Program-made: the position numbers and the translations under genes
Notes under the pieces: generated by a model
What the model was told of the DNA's origin: nothing
Seen by the model: only the letters and a program-made list of their open reading frames with translations
Databases searched by the model: none
Part shown: in pieces, positions 17,515 through 28,800 of the stretch
How the letters are laid out: each line of letters opens with the position of its first letter
Position numbering within the stretch: position 1 is the stretch's first letter
IMG/VR virus record: IMGVR_UViG_3300021139_000002
Location: 32,001-96,000 of that record
Reading direction: 5' to 3' (one strand)
Length of the DNA stretch: 64,000 nucleotides
DNA from: a virus

Positions 17515-18597
17515 ATGGCAGAGCAAATTTCAACTAGTCGCACCGTCACTCCTAACGAAGCTAAACGTGCTCTTCGTAAGTGTGTAAAAATCCAACGTCC
17601 AGTGTTCATGTGGGGTCCTCCCGGCATTGGCAAATCTGATATCGTTAAACAAATTGGCGATGAACAAGAACGTGAAGTTATTGACGTTCGTTTGAGCTTG
17701 TGGGAACCTACAGACATTAAAGGTATTCCTTACTTTGACTCAAATGCAAATACAATGACGTGGGCTCCTCCAGCAGAATTGCCTACAGATCCAAATTCTA
17801 CTGCTATCCTGTTCTTAGACGAACTTAACTCTGCGGCTCCTGCTACTCAAGCGGCTGCTTTCCAGTTAGTGCTTAACCGCCGTGTTGGTACTTATCAACT
17901 TCCAAAAGGTGTTTCAATTGTTGCCGCAGGTAACCGTGAAACTGACAAAGGTGTTACTTATCGTATGCCTGCTCCGTTGGCTAACCGTTTCGTTCACATT
18001 GAACTTAAAACTGATTACGAAGATTGGTTGGAATGGGCTGTTACTAATAAAGTGCATGAGCAGGTTGTAGGTTATGTTGGCTTTGCCAAACAAGACTTGT
18101 ATGACTTTGATCCAAAATCTAGCTCACGTGCCTTTGCTACTCCACGTAGCTGGTCATTTGTTTCCGAGTTGCTCAAAGATGACGACTTGCCAGAAAACAC
18201 TTTGACTGATTTGGTTGCAGGTGCTATTGGCGAAGGTCTTGCTGTTAAGTTTATGGCACACCGCAAGGTTGCTAAACAAATGCCTAAGCCAGAAGATATC
18301 TTGGCAGGTAAAGTTAAGAAGTGCGACATCAAAGAAATCTCAGCGATGTATTCTTTGACCGTGTCAATGTGCTATGAACTTCAAACTGCTTATGAGAAGA
18401 AAGTTAAAGATTGGGATCCAATGGCAGATAACTTCTTTGCGTTCATGATGGACAATTTCCCAACTGAACTAGTTGTTATGGGTGCCAAGGTTGCTCTTAC
18501 TAACTATAACTTGCCATTCGATGCAAGCAAACTTAACCACTTTGATCGTTTCCACGACAAATACGGTAAGTTCATTATCACTGCAATGGAAGGTTAA
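17515..18597 (+). CDS. MoxR-like AAA+ ATPase
   Basis: Walker A GPPGIGKS, Walker B LFLDE, AAGN, LANRF and TPRSW. Confidence 0.9.
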   Translation: MAEQISTSRTVTPNEAKRALRKCVKIQRPVFMWGPPGIGKSDIVKQIGDEQEREVIDVRLSLWEPTDIKGIPYFDSNANTMTWAPPAELPTDPNSTAILFLDELNSAAPATQAAAFQLVLNRRVGTYQLPKGVSIVAAGNRETDKGVTYRMPAPLANRFVHIELKTDYEDWLEWAVTNKVHEQVVGYVGFAKQDLYDFDPKSSSRAFATPRSWSFVSELLKDDDLPENTLTDLVAGAIGEGLAVKFMAHRKVAKQMPKPEDILAGKVKKCDIKEISAMYSLTVSMCYELQTAYEKKVKDWDPMADNFFAFMMDNFPTELVVMGAKVALTNYNLPFDASKLNHFDRFHDKYGKFIITAMEG

Positions 18598-18601
18598 AAT
18601 T

Positions 18602-18623
18602 GGGCCCTTAGGGGCCCTTTTTT
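18602..18623 (+). terminator. Rho-independent terminator
   Basis: GGGCCC stem with a short loop followed by TTTTTT. Confidence 0.8.
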
Positions 18624-18625
18624 AC

Positions 18626-18654
18626 TTGCATTATTTCTTATTTGAGTGTATAAT
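18626..18654 (+). promoter_or_regulatory. Sigma70-type promoter
   Basis: TTGCAT-17 nt-TATAAT. Confidence 0.7.
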
Positions 18655-18684
18655 TGTATATATACATGAAACAGGAGCATTAAA

Positions 18685-19947
18685 TTGTCTGCAAAATCTT
18701 CTACAGCAACTAAACAAAAGCAAATCCAAAAACAAGAATTTACTCAAGATCAAAAAAATAAGATCGTTGAGAAATTGATTACAGCCCGTATTGGCTTGCT
18801 GTTGCGTCATCCGTTTTTTGGCAACCTTGCAACACGCCTTAAACTTGTTGATGCCACAGATTGGTGTGGTACATTGGCTACAGATGGTCGCCACTTTTAT
18901 TACAATAACGACTTCGTTCACGCACTAACTCCTAAAGAATGTGAATTTGGCTTTGCACACGAAGTTCTTCACAATGTGTTTGATCACATGGGACGTCGCG
19001 AACATCGTGATCCTAAACTATCAAACATTGCCGCAGACTACGCCGCTAATCAAATTCTTAAAGATGAGCGCATCGGTGATGTACCTAGTTTCATTCAAAT
19101 TTATCAAGACAACAAATATCGCGGATGGAGCTACGAGCAAATCTACGAAGAAATTGAAAAGAACGCAATTAAAATTGACATGAGCCAACTCGGCGAATTG
19201 TTGGACGAACACTTAGATGGCGAGGGCGACGACAACGGGGAAGGTGAAGACGGAGATGAAAAAGACGGTAAAGGTCGTCCGAAACTAACACCCGAGGAAA
19301 AGAAAGCTATTCGTGATGAGATCAAGGAAGCAATGGTAGCGGCGGCGCAAGCGGCTGGTGCTGGTAAAGTGCCTGCAGGTGTTGCACGTATGATTCAAAG
19401 CTTCACTGAACCTAAAATGGATTGGCGTCAGATGTTGCGTATGAACATCCAAAGTATCTTCAAAAGCAATTTCAGTTTTACTCGTCCTAATCGTAAGTCA
19501 CAACATTGCGGTGCAGTATTGCCCGGTATGATGAACGAAGAAACAATTGATGTGTCTGTGTGTATTGACATGTCAGGTTCTATTAGCGATGCTATGGCAC
19601 GTGACTTCTTAAGTGAAGTTAAAGGTATTATGGAAGAATACAAAGACTTCAAACTAGATTTGTGGTGCTTTGATACAGAAATCTATAACTATCAAAAGTT
19701 CACAGGCGATACTGCTGACGAGATTAACGACTATAAATGCATGGGTGGTGGTGGAACTGATTTCGATGTCAACTATCAGTTTATGAAAGACAACGATATT
19801 AACCCTAAAAAGTTTATCATGTTTACAGACGGATATCCATGTGGTAGTTGGGGTGACGAGGACTATTGCGATAGCCTGTTTATTATCCATGGTAATGACA
19901 GCATTATTGCACCATTTGGGCAAACTGCACATTATGAGTCTAAGTAG
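18685..19947 (+). CDS. Metallopeptidase-like plus VWA domain protein (DUF2201-like), MoxR partner
   Basis: HEVLH (HExxH), MIDAS DMSGS, GGGTDF and FTDG; TTG start after AGGAG. Confidence 0.85.
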   Translation: MSAKSSTATKQKQIQKQEFTQDQKNKIVEKLITARIGLLLRHPFFGNLATRLKLVDATDWCGTLATDGRHFYYNNDFVHALTPKECEFGFAHEVLHNVFDHMGRREHRDPKLSNIAADYAANQILKDERIGDVPSFIQIYQDNKYRGWSYEQIYEEIEKNAIKIDMSQLGELLDEHLDGEGDDNGEGEDGDEKDGKGRPKLTPEEKKAIRDEIKEAMVAAAQAAGAGKVPAGVARMIQSFTEPKMDWRQMLRMNIQSIFKSNFSFTRPNRKSQHCGAVLPGMMNEETIDVSVCIDMSGSISDAMARDFLSEVKGIMEEYKDFKLDLWCFDTEIYNYQKFTGDTADEINDYKCMGGGGTDFDVNYQFMKDNDINPKKFIMFTDGYPCGSWGDEDYCDSLFIIHGNDSIIAPFGQTAHYESK

Positions 19948-20215
19948 AAACGAAGTAAATCCGTTAGGAGTCTTGGGGGTAAGGAAATTATCCTTTATCC
20001 CCGAGCACTTTACTAAACTAGCAGTATCAAATCCTGTCGATATCAAATTATTAGACCACTGGATTAACTACCACTTAAATAGTAGGTACGCAATCAAGAA
20101 GACATTATCACTGGATAGCAATAATAAAACATCCGAAGTGGTAGAAATTGGTATAGAGGATCCCCGGGAGATTACTATGCTAACTTTAGGTTGTCCGTAT
20201 ATACATAGAAAATAA
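19934..20215 (+). CDS. Hypothetical protein
   Basis: ORF from ATG 19934. Confidence 0.6.
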   Translation: MSLSRNEVNPLGVLGVRKLSFIPEHFTKLAVSNPVDIKLLDHWINYHLNSRYAIKKTLSLDSNNKTSEVVEIGIEDPREITMLTLGCPYIHRK

Positions 20216-20229
20216 AAGGACTTTTTAAA

Positions 20230-20475
20230 ATGGAAAACCAAGATCAAGCACAAGTACCTAGCCAAGACGTTGGCGGTGCCGCAACTGCTCAACCAGAATT
20301 AAACATTAACGACTTACAAAATATTCGTGCCGTTATTGATACCGCTGTACGTCGCGGTGCATTTGGTGCTGGAGAAATGACCGCAGTTGGTGGAGTATTC
20401 GATCGTTTGAATACTTTCTTAAATGCAGTAACACCTGCACCTGCACCAGCGGCCGCTGATCAAACAGCAGAATAA
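20230..20475 (+). CDS. Hypothetical protein
   Basis: 81 aa ORF with SD AAGGA. Confidence 0.7.
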   Translation: MENQDQAQVPSQDVGGAATAQPELNINDLQNIRAVIDTAVRRGAFGAGEMTAVGGVFDRLNTFLNAVTPAPAPAAADQTAE

Positions 20476-20487
20476 GGAAAAATTAAT

Positions 20488-21156
20488 ATGAAACACGTAG
20501 GCAAAATGAAAAACAATGGGGCTAGAATTGCTGTAGCCTACAGAACATTGCCAGGCGATTCTGGTAGTGCATTGGTAATCGGTACCGGTAACTTACCCCC
20601 ATCCTGGCATGACTCATTAATGAGTCTTATTCAAGATCCAAGCGGACAACAAGCAAACGAACTTGCAGACATTCTTTCTGTTCGTCGTTTCCCAGACGGC
20701 AATAACATGCTACAGGCATTACACGCAGGTGGACATCTTAAGAAAGTTCCAACAAGCGGTGTGTTAATGACTCCAACTGGTAATCAAAACGTTACCGTTG
20801 TACTAAGTGAACTTAATCAGATCATTGCTGAACAACGAGGTGTTAGTGTTGACGATCTTGCTATCAAAGATGGCAGTGTAGATACTAATCCAAAGACAAG
20901 TAAAAAGGTCGATGAAGAACTTTCTGCTGTTAACAACCAGTCTAACGCATTAAACGATCCAGGAAAAACAACTTCTTCTTCAGTAAATTATGAAGAACCA
21001 GCAGTTAACGTTCCTACAGAACCGTTGACTCCTACTCAGTTACGTAGCAAAGCAGATGCTTTGTTTAAAGAAGCACAGGCTCTACGTAAACAAGCAGACG
21101 CAGTTGATCCTCCAAAAAGCAAAAAGAAACAAGTAGCAGACGCAGATGCATCCTGA
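20488..21156 (+). CDS. Hypothetical protein
   Basis: 222 aa ORF with SD AAGGA. Confidence 0.75.
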   Translation: MKHVGKMKNNGARIAVAYRTLPGDSGSALVIGTGNLPPSWHDSLMSLIQDPSGQQANELADILSVRRFPDGNNMLQALHAGGHLKKVPTSGVLMTPTGNQNVTVVLSELNQIIAEQRGVSVDDLAIKDGSVDTNPKTSKKVDEELSAVNNQSNALNDPGKTTSSSVNYEEPAVNVPTEPLTPTQLRSKADALFKEAQALRKQADAVDPPKSKKKQVADADAS

Positions 21157-22027
21157 TTTAGTCTATCTCAACGCATTAAAAGATATCTTAGAAAATGGCG
21201 AGGACCGTCCTGATCGTACAGGAACTGGTACTCGCAGTATCTTTGGTATGCAGATGCGATTCGATCTCACAGAAGGTTTCCCTGCTATTACTACAAAGAA
21301 GTTAGCATGGAAGGCCTGTATTAGCGAACTATTATGGTTTATTGAAGGAAGCGGCGATGAACGACGGCTCGCTGAGATTCTACATGGAACTCGTGACACT
21401 AGCAAGAAGACTATCTGGACCGATAACGTTACAGCGGATTATTGGATTGCTAGACGCCATCAACGGAACGCAGGAGACCTCGGAAGAGTCTACGGAGTCC
21501 AATGGCGTAGATGGCGCAAACCACTAATTCGTATTAACAAGGTTGTGTTACAAAATCACGATCAGTTAATCGAATTAATCAATGGTATTAAAGAAGATCC
21601 ATACAGCCGTAGACATATCATTACAGCATGGAATCCTGGTGAACTTGATTTAATGGCGTTGCCTCCATGTCACATGATGGCGCAGTTTTACGTTTCGAAT
21701 GGTAAACTGAGTTGCCAAATGTATCAGCGTAGTGCGGATATGTTTCTTGGAGTGCCTTTTAACATTGCAAGTTACGCATTGTTCACGCACATGATTGCAC
21801 AGGTATGTAATTTAGAAGTAGGTGATTTGATTATTACTATTGGCGATGCACACATCTATAACAATCACTTTGAACAAGTAAAGGAGCAATTAACTCGCAA
21901 ACCTTTACCACTACCTACATTAAAATTGAATCCTGATATTTCAGTTATTATGGATTTTGAAATGGAAGATGTTGAGTTAGTAGGTTATCAAAGCCACGAT
22001 GCAATTAAAGCACCAATGGCTGTTTAA
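21146..22027 (+). CDS. thyA: Thymidylate synthase
   Basis: DRTGTGT, YGVQWR, LPPCH, YQRSAD..LGVPFNIASY and GDAHIY. Confidence 0.95.
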   Translation: MHPDLVYLNALKDILENGEDRPDRTGTGTRSIFGMQMRFDLTEGFPAITTKKLAWKACISELLWFIEGSGDERRLAEILHGTRDTSKKTIWTDNVTADYWIARRHQRNAGDLGRVYGVQWRRWRKPLIRINKVVLQNHDQLIELINGIKEDPYSRRHIITAWNPGELDLMALPPCHMMAQFYVSNGKLSCQMYQRSADMFLGVPFNIASYALFTHMIAQVCNLEVGDLIITIGDAHIYNNHFEQVKEQLTRKPLPLPTLKLNPDISVIMDFEMEDVELVGYQSHDAIKAPMAV

Positions 22028-23214
22028 ACTTTAACTTCAATAACTGCAAAGCCTTCGGAGTTCGCTTCGAGGGCTTTTCCAATTATAGCTCCCGAATGTA
22101 CAGAGCTAGCCGCTGTGGCATATCCCGGATGTGCGCTTGTAACTAGTAGGTCACCCTTTTTAATATAGCCCACAACTTTGCAAGGAACACGACCTTTTAA
22201 GGCAATATAGGGGTGAGTTTCGTCGGTTCCGGCGTCGGAATTCATCATATATGCCGGGTTTTTACTCACTATACCCGCTACCCGTGTATCTGCGAATTGA
22301 TCAGTAGTAGTAACTTCTTTTTCGCCGCCGATTACTAATACGGTTCCAACTTCGTATTCTTGATCTGCTTCATATCGTTCAGCAATATCTGCATACAATG
22401 CACTAGATGCCGTAATGTTTAAAATGTTAGTAGACGGATCATAAGAAAAAGTACTGGTTGTAGATAATATATTTTGACCAGTTTCATTAGCAACAAACGG
22501 TACATATTGAGTTTGAGAACCAGTAAGATTATGAGTTATTACTGATTGTGCTTGCAATGAATCAGATGCAGTTCCCCACAACAAATAACCAGTTGTTGTA
22601 CTACTTGCACTAACACCTGTTATAGGATCAGTATTGTATAAATTAATACCTTTCTTAATTAGAGGAAATTGTGTAAGATTTTCTGAAGAGTCTGGAGTGT
22701 ATGCTGTGTTAGAAATTTCAACAACCGATACTCCTCCTAATAATCCTTGAATAGCATATTCTTCTGTTAAAGAGGAATCAAGTACTCTAGAAAAATCCCA
22801 AGAGCTTCCGCCGCCGCCGTTTGCTTGGCTTGCAGACCATGTTCCACTTACTGATTCATATACCTTGATTTGACCATTAACACTATCCCACCATAAGTCA
22901 CCTGTAGTTGCATTCTTTGGAGCAGATGAACTATACGGAACGTTTGCTAAATCTCTAAAATTATTACCGTCATATGAAACCAATAAACGTCTAGAATTTG
23001 GATTACTATTAAACCATAACTGACCTTGTATAGGTTTAGTAGGTTGCGAAGTATTAGCAAAGTTTTCTAATAACTTAACAAAGTTTTCTTCAATAGTTTG
23101 TCCGTAACCAGAATAGTTTCTTCCAACAAATGTTAAACTTGTTGAATTGTCTACACTAGCATCTTGTACCGTTGCTAATGTTGTTCCGTTAGTTTTCTTT
23201 AAAATATATGGCAT
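22024..23214 (-). CDS. Tail fibre/baseplate protein with C-terminal chaperone (peptidase G2/S74-like) domain
   Basis: GQLWF and GDLWW repeats; ADIAERY...ALKGRVPCKV C-terminal domain. Confidence 0.65.
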   Translation of the reverse strand: MPYILKKTNGTTLATVQDASVDNSTSLTFVGRNYSGYGQTIEENFVKLLENFANTSQPTKPIQGQLWFNSNPNSRRLLVSYDGNNFRDLANVPYSSSAPKNATTGDLWWDSVNGQIKVYESVSGTWSASQANGGGGSSWDFSRVLDSSLTEEYAIQGLLGGVSVVEISNTAYTPDSSENLTQFPLIKKGINLYNTDPITGVSASSTTTGYLLWGTASDSLQAQSVITHNLTGSQTQYVPFVANETGQNILSTTSTFSYDPSTNILNITASSALYADIAERYEADQEYEVGTVLVIGGEKEVTTTDQFADTRVAGIVSKNPAYMMNSDAGTDETHPYIALKGRVPCKVVGYIKKGDLLVTSAHPGYATAASSVHSGAIIGKALEANSEGFAVIEVKV

Positions 23215-23220
23215 AGTGTA

Positions 23221-23958
23221 TTATTGATATAAAGGTAGATAATAATTAGACCCGCCAACATCAACTTTTAACCAAGAAGCAGGAGTGGACGAATTAGTAG
23301 GTGTACCAGTTGTATGACCAACATGTAGGTTACCAGTTGCTTTGATATCTCCAATAATAGTCAGGCCGGCAGCAATTGCAAATGAACTAGTACCAGCGTT
23401 AACAAATGTACTAGTGGATGTAGCAGTATTGGCAACAAAAGACGATGTGGTTATTGCACCAATTACATCACCATAACTTTTTAATAATGTTACATTTTTT
23501 GCATTAGAACTTTGATCTACTATCGTAGTTAGAGAGGGTTGCCAACCACTAACATCGTACATAGGAAATGATGTTAGAGAACGATATTGTCCTGTATCAT
23601 CTAGAAAGTTTAAAGATGCGTTAGTAGGGTTATACCAAAACTCTCCAGGAACTTGTCCAATAGGTTGTGATGTAGAAATTGTAGGTGAATTAACTGGAGT
23701 AAATCCAGTATCATTATCAAAGACTTTTAAAACACCATAGGTAGCATCATACCAAAGTTGCCCTTGCAGAGGATTATTAGGAGGAATACTATTAGTAGAA
23801 AAATTACTCAACATATCAACCAAGTTTTGATTGATATATCTTCCGTAGTTGTTAACATCTCTGCCAATTAAGGCGATGCTGGTTGTAGCTGTATTAATTT
23901 TACCTGTTGCTACCGTAGTTAATATTGTTCCGCTGCTGGTGTAGATAATATATGACAT
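23221..23958 (-). CDS. Tail/baseplate structural protein (N-terminus paralogous to 22024-23214)
   Basis: Shared N-terminal module (GR...YG....N....L.NF....P..P.QGQLW). Confidence 0.6.
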   Translation of the reverse strand: MSYIIYTSSGTILTTVATGKINTATTSIALIGRDVNNYGRYINQNLVDMLSNFSTNSIPPNNPLQGQLWYDATYGVLKVFDNDTGFTPVNSPTISTSQPIGQVPGEFWYNPTNASLNFLDDTGQYRSLTSFPMYDVSGWQPSLTTIVDQSSNAKNVTLLKSYGDVIGAITTSSFVANTATSTSTFVNAGTSSFAIAAGLTIIGDIKATGNLHVGHTTGTPTNSSTPASWLKVDVGGSNYYLPLYQ

Positions 23959-23968
23959 TTTACACCTC

Positions 23969-24586
23969 TTAACTTGTTAGACTTTGTACACGAACGGTAT
24001 AGTCAATCTGAATTAATCGATTCAAGCTCTTTTGCACAGGATGGAAAATAACATGAGTAAGTAAAGATCCCATGCCAGGACCGTCTGGTGTATAAGCTCT
24101 TAAACCTAACTCGTCAAATACATAAGATTCATTAGAGTTAGCCGCAGTATCAAAAGCATCTTGTCCGGAAGGCTCTCCAAAATCTAATAAACAACTTACT
24201 AAAATATCTGTGTAGTATGCTCCTGCAACGTGTCTAACTTCCATAAAGTTTCTAGCAGGGTTTAAATCTCCAGGACGATTTGCATCAACCTGTTTAATAT
24301 ATGTTTGGTTATATAAACTAGCGGAACTATCAATTACGTTTGGAGTTAGATATGTGATAATACCTGTATCATCTACGCGAGTACCTCCGTTACCAAAACA
24401 CATTTCAGCAATCATTCCAAATCCTTGATTGCTGATACTTTGTGCTAATGCCAAACTAAAATTTTCATAGTGAATAGCGTTGTCTTTGTCTATTAAGACT
24501 TCTCCAGAAACTGGATCGTAAATTTTGATATGGCCTTTCACTGAAAAAGCACCTTTATCTTTTGGATTTGTAAAAGTTTGACTCAT
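23969..24586 (-). CDS. Virion structural protein (baseplate/tail-associated)
   Basis: FDELGL...LTHVIFHPVQKS motif and context; late promoter upstream. Confidence 0.6.
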   Translation of the reverse strand: MSQTFTNPKDKGAFSVKGHIKIYDPVSGEVLIDKDNAIHYENFSLALAQSISNQGFGMIAEMCFGNGGTRVDDTGIITYLTPNVIDSSASLYNQTYIKQVDANRPGDLNPARNFMEVRHVAGAYYTDILVSCLLDFGEPSGQDAFDTAANSNESYVFDELGLRAYTPDGPGMGSLLTHVIFHPVQKSLNRLIQIDYTVRVQSLTS

Positions 24587-24606
24587 TTTTTTATGTTCCG
24601 ATATGC

Positions 24607-24614
24607 TATTTATA
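24607..24614 (-). promoter_or_regulatory. T4-type late promoter TATAAATA
   Basis: Exact TATAAATA on the - strand about 20 nt upstream of ATG 24586. Confidence 0.75.
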
Positions 24615-24619
24615 CTCAA

Positions 24620-25861
24620 TTAAAGAGAGGCTATCCTTGCCTGAAAGTCTGAGAAACTGGTACTTGCGGCTACTACTGCTTGAAGTGTTGCTTTACTTAT
24701 GTAAGATGTTGCTGTAAACGCAGTAGTTTGTACTGAAGTGTCTGGAAATTTCAATCCAGTATTGTCTAACTGATATCCTAAAATAGTAGCAGTTGATGTT
24801 GATAATGTTGCAATATGACTTTGATTAGAATTACTAATTATATGCAGATCGCTATTGTAATGATTTTCAGTAGGTTCTAAAACCAAACTTCTAATAGTAC
24901 TAGATGTATATGTAGCACTGGACATTGTATAGAAAACCATTTCTGATCCAGCTTGGGTGCCACTATAATCAGAACTTGCATGTACCTGAATGCTCGCTAC
25001 GTTGACGCCATTGTTAGAAGCGTCTGTTTGATTTATTCCGTTAAACCCAATATAACCTACGGTGTCCTGATGTGCTAATGGTTGTTTAAATCCGTTATAT
25101 GTATTGCTTCTACTGGTAACAAAGATATAAGCATTGGTAGATGTTAAAGTAGCATTCGGTGCTGTATTATCTTGTGTCGGTAATCCGTATTGTACTAGTT
25201 GCGAGTTAACAAAACTAACCTGCGCTCTACCAGGACCCATAAATGTGTGAACACCGTCGGTGGTTGTGTTAATATCCATCGGAGTGTTAGACATAGCACC
25301 AATTTGAATTATGTTTAAAGAGGGTAACGCAGGATTGCCTGTCGAGGTGCTGGTAACTATAATATTTCTAACTTTGCTGTTTATAGAAAGTTGAGTATTG
25401 TTAGGCTGATGATAAATGAACCATCCGGCTCCGGCGGCGGTAGTTTTAGTTCCGTTGTTGGCCCAATTTTCAGAAGCAAACCCTGCGAATGCCACACTAG
25501 GTATCTTCTCTCCCTGGACAATATCTTCATTACCATCAAATCCGCCAAATCTTAAAGAACCAATACCATCATTTGTTTGTAATGCAGTTCCGTCAGAATG
25601 ATAAAAGTCTGTTTGAAATCCGTGCTGTGATTCGCCATTAGAATCTGGTGCAAAGTCTTGTATAGTAACACTTCTAAATGTTACGTCAGTAGTCGTAAAC
25701 AAGTTTTGATCAGTTTTAAGGGTAGCAGGCAATGTTGCTTCTAATTGCGACACTAATTGTCCATAGCTAAATCTTCTCGCCAGCCCTTGATCAGACAAAA
25801 TAAAATAAGATTGCTGATCGGTTGCTGTTGTAATTGTTTGTAATAAATTTATATTTGGCAT
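24620..25861 (-). CDS. Tail fibre-like protein
   Basis: Thr/Ser/Gly/Asn-rich beta sequence with C-terminal FPDTSVQTTA, within the tail module. Confidence 0.55.
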   Translation of the reverse strand: MPNINLLQTITTATDQQSYFILSDQGLARRFSYGQLVSQLEATLPATLKTDQNLFTTTDVTFRSVTIQDFAPDSNGESQHGFQTDFYHSDGTALQTNDGIGSLRFGGFDGNEDIVQGEKIPSVAFAGFASENWANNGTKTTAAGAGWFIYHQPNNTQLSINSKVRNIIVTSTSTGNPALPSLNIIQIGAMSNTPMDINTTTDGVHTFMGPGRAQVSFVNSQLVQYGLPTQDNTAPNATLTSTNAYIFVTSRSNTYNGFKQPLAHQDTVGYIGFNGINQTDASNNGVNVASIQVHASSDYSGTQAGSEMVFYTMSSATYTSSTIRSLVLEPTENHYNSDLHIISNSNQSHIATLSTSTATILGYQLDNTGLKFPDTSVQTTAFTATSYISKATLQAVVAASTSFSDFQARIASL

Positions 25862-28800
25862 TTAAGTTCTTCCTGTTAAAATGCTACCATTTTCATCTGT
25901 CAATGGAACACCATTTTGATCTCTTAGTACGATATCACCTTCATAGTAATACGAGTTAGGCAATTCAGTAGGGAATTGTTTCAATTGACCTGCTATCGTT
26001 GTGCTACTTTCCCATAGAGGTAATGTTACACCCGGGCTAACTACCGTATTAAATGTATTACTTAAAGCAGATTTTTTAACAATTGCTAATTCTATATTGC
26101 TTTCGACTACAATATTTAATTGAATAGTTTGTGTGTTATTATGTGCAACGGTAAATTCTTGAGGTAATTCAGTTAAACCAGTATATACCCATCCTGGATA
26201 TTGTACGTTTGTTGATCTATTTCCTACATACTGCCATACTTGACCAGATGATACAAGTATGTAAGCATCATTTAACATTGCTGATTGTGTAGACAGGTCA
26301 CTGGTTGTTCCTTGAATGTACGACTCGTCTATACTATCATATGCAATGGTTGTATCATGTACAAATATAGGAGATTTTCTAAGTTGACGGCCGCCGTAAT
26401 ACACTTCTAATTGATCGTTATATGGTAGAGAATCTACTAATTTAATACCTGCAGATGCAATTGTAGCTGTAGTTCCTGGAACTGGCGAAGTATAAGACGA
26501 AGTACTTATATGATAAACAGAATTTGTAGCCGTAGTAAAAATATATTGAATACTTACCGCTTCTGGATTTCCAAGAACTTGTAACGTTCCTTGATCAACA
26601 ACCTTCGATCCATATAATAAGTGCGGCGATACTCCAGTTCCGAGTGTACCTCTTGTTATTTCGTCTAATTTATAGCCGCCTGATGCTACGGTAATTTGAT
26701 TAAATTCAATTCTTTCTGCGTTGATCAGCACCACACCAGGTGTAGTTTCAGTAGGAGCAGTAAGAACCGTAGCATCTGCAACATAGATTTCAGTATCATC
26801 AGGCGCTAATGGTTTGGTTAGATATGTTGTATTTGCTTTACTTAATCTAGTAAACGTTGTATGTCCTAACAAGTCATTAAAGATTCTGTAGCCAAGAACC
26901 GTATCAATATATTGGGGACTCTTGAAGCTGATAATTTCTACCGTATCTAAATTTGAAATATTCCAACTATCGCTAATTTGAACCGTAACGTTATCATCTA
27001 ATAAAATGTAATCAATACCGTTTATCAATCCAGAAACCGTATCATTTTGATGTATGATCGAAACCCACATGTAGATATCATTGCTAACAGGTCTGTTCAT
27101 AATGAATCGCCTGTTTGGATTTCCTACAAAGTTTTCTATGTCAACGCCCATCTTACCTGTAGTGTCTATAAAAGTAACAACTTTAATTAAATCACCGGGG
27201 TTCAAATGTACAGAAATTGTTAGTGTAGACCCAACAATTGTGTATTCGTTCTTAGAAGTCAATAGTCTATTAGCAACTCCATTAACAATTTTTTCTACAA
27301 TATAATCACCTTCCACATTTAATGTAAACGTAGTCATCGAAGAAGTAGAAGAAGCAACAAATTGTTGATCAATTATTTGATTAAAATTACTATGAGATTC
27401 TGTAAAGAACCAGGCTTGGACAGCATTACCTTGAGATGAATCTAACCCGTTAACGGTGACTACAGCAGGTCCTCGATTATTTGCAGAAACATCTAGAACA
27501 TAATCAGATGTAGGAATTCCGTTAACCGTTACGTATACATCTTTTACAATATTAGCAAGATATCCACTGCTAACAATACCAACTGAGCTGTTTGTTGTAA
27601 TAACAGATTCGCTGTCAATTAATCCAAAATTGTTTGTGCCGCCTCCAACACCCACCATGCTGTAACTTAATTTTCCAGACGATACTTGAGGCGGAATTAT
27701 TAATCGTTGTCCTACCCAATCAATTTCAAAACTAAGAGCGCCAGGCATTATTGGCGCACACTCTAATATAGTACCGTTTAGGATAACAGAAATACTATCA
27801 ACCGTAACCGGCAACATAGGTAACGGATAATATTGCAAATCAGCACTAGGAGAAACATCAAAATATCCTGTTACTATTGTAGGTGCTTGAGCAGGACCTT
27901 GTGTATATACGTTAATTCCTAGCGTATCAATTGCAAAACCTGGAAGTAATTCTTCAGGTGCGTGACCAGATGCTGTGTTAATAAAACCTAACTCGCCACT
28001 TAATGTAATATCTTCAGGATTAGTTCCTAATGCAGATACTCTACCATCTGCATTCCAGGTACCACCTTCAATATTGCTATAAGGGTAAACACCGCCATAC
28101 GGGTTTACAAATCTTTGACCGTCGACTAAGGTACCTGGATAACTTATTCCATCCATTAAGACCGTTAGGTCGAGACCAATCATGCCGTTTGTAGCCGTAT
28201 AATATGCCAGTATGCGATCAGTTGCATTAAGAATGTCTGCACTCTTCTTATACTTAATTGTAATTGTTGCATTATTTGCAGGAGCATTATTAACAAAAAC
28301 AAGTTTAGCAAACTTTTTAGAATAACCGTTATAAGGTTGTTCATAATAATCAATAGTCCATTCACTACTTAAGGAAATGACGCTGTTTATTTTTACAGAA
28401 ATTCCTGTTTTATTAAATGCAGGAACCCAACCTAAAACAAACTCAGATGTAATACCGTCTGCTATGAATGTATCAACTACTTCAAATCCACCAGATTGTC
28501 CTACATAACTAGTCCTATCAAATTTTAATTCAATAGTAGAAACTCTGTCTTGTTCGATAATATCAGTGTATGTAGGCTCTAACACTGAATATTCAGTTGT
28601 AAAGTTTCTAATCTGCGTATGATAAGGTTTAACTTCGTTGATATAATCTTCAAAGAAAGAACTATCGTTTAATTTATACACAGGAGGCTGATACAATTCA
28701 CCAGATGTATTTGTTACATTGATGAATGATGTTTTAAAAGCCCAATCTAAAAGTTTTTGTTCTGTTAAAGCGTACTTAACTGCCTTGAAGAACAACAGGT

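Noticed and set aside
21146-22027. ThyA as a dCMP/dUMP hydroxymethylase feeding the glycosyltransferase
   Set aside because: It retains canonical ThyA motifs, including the dUMP-specifying Asn (PFNIASY), so it looks like an ordinary thymidylate synthase.
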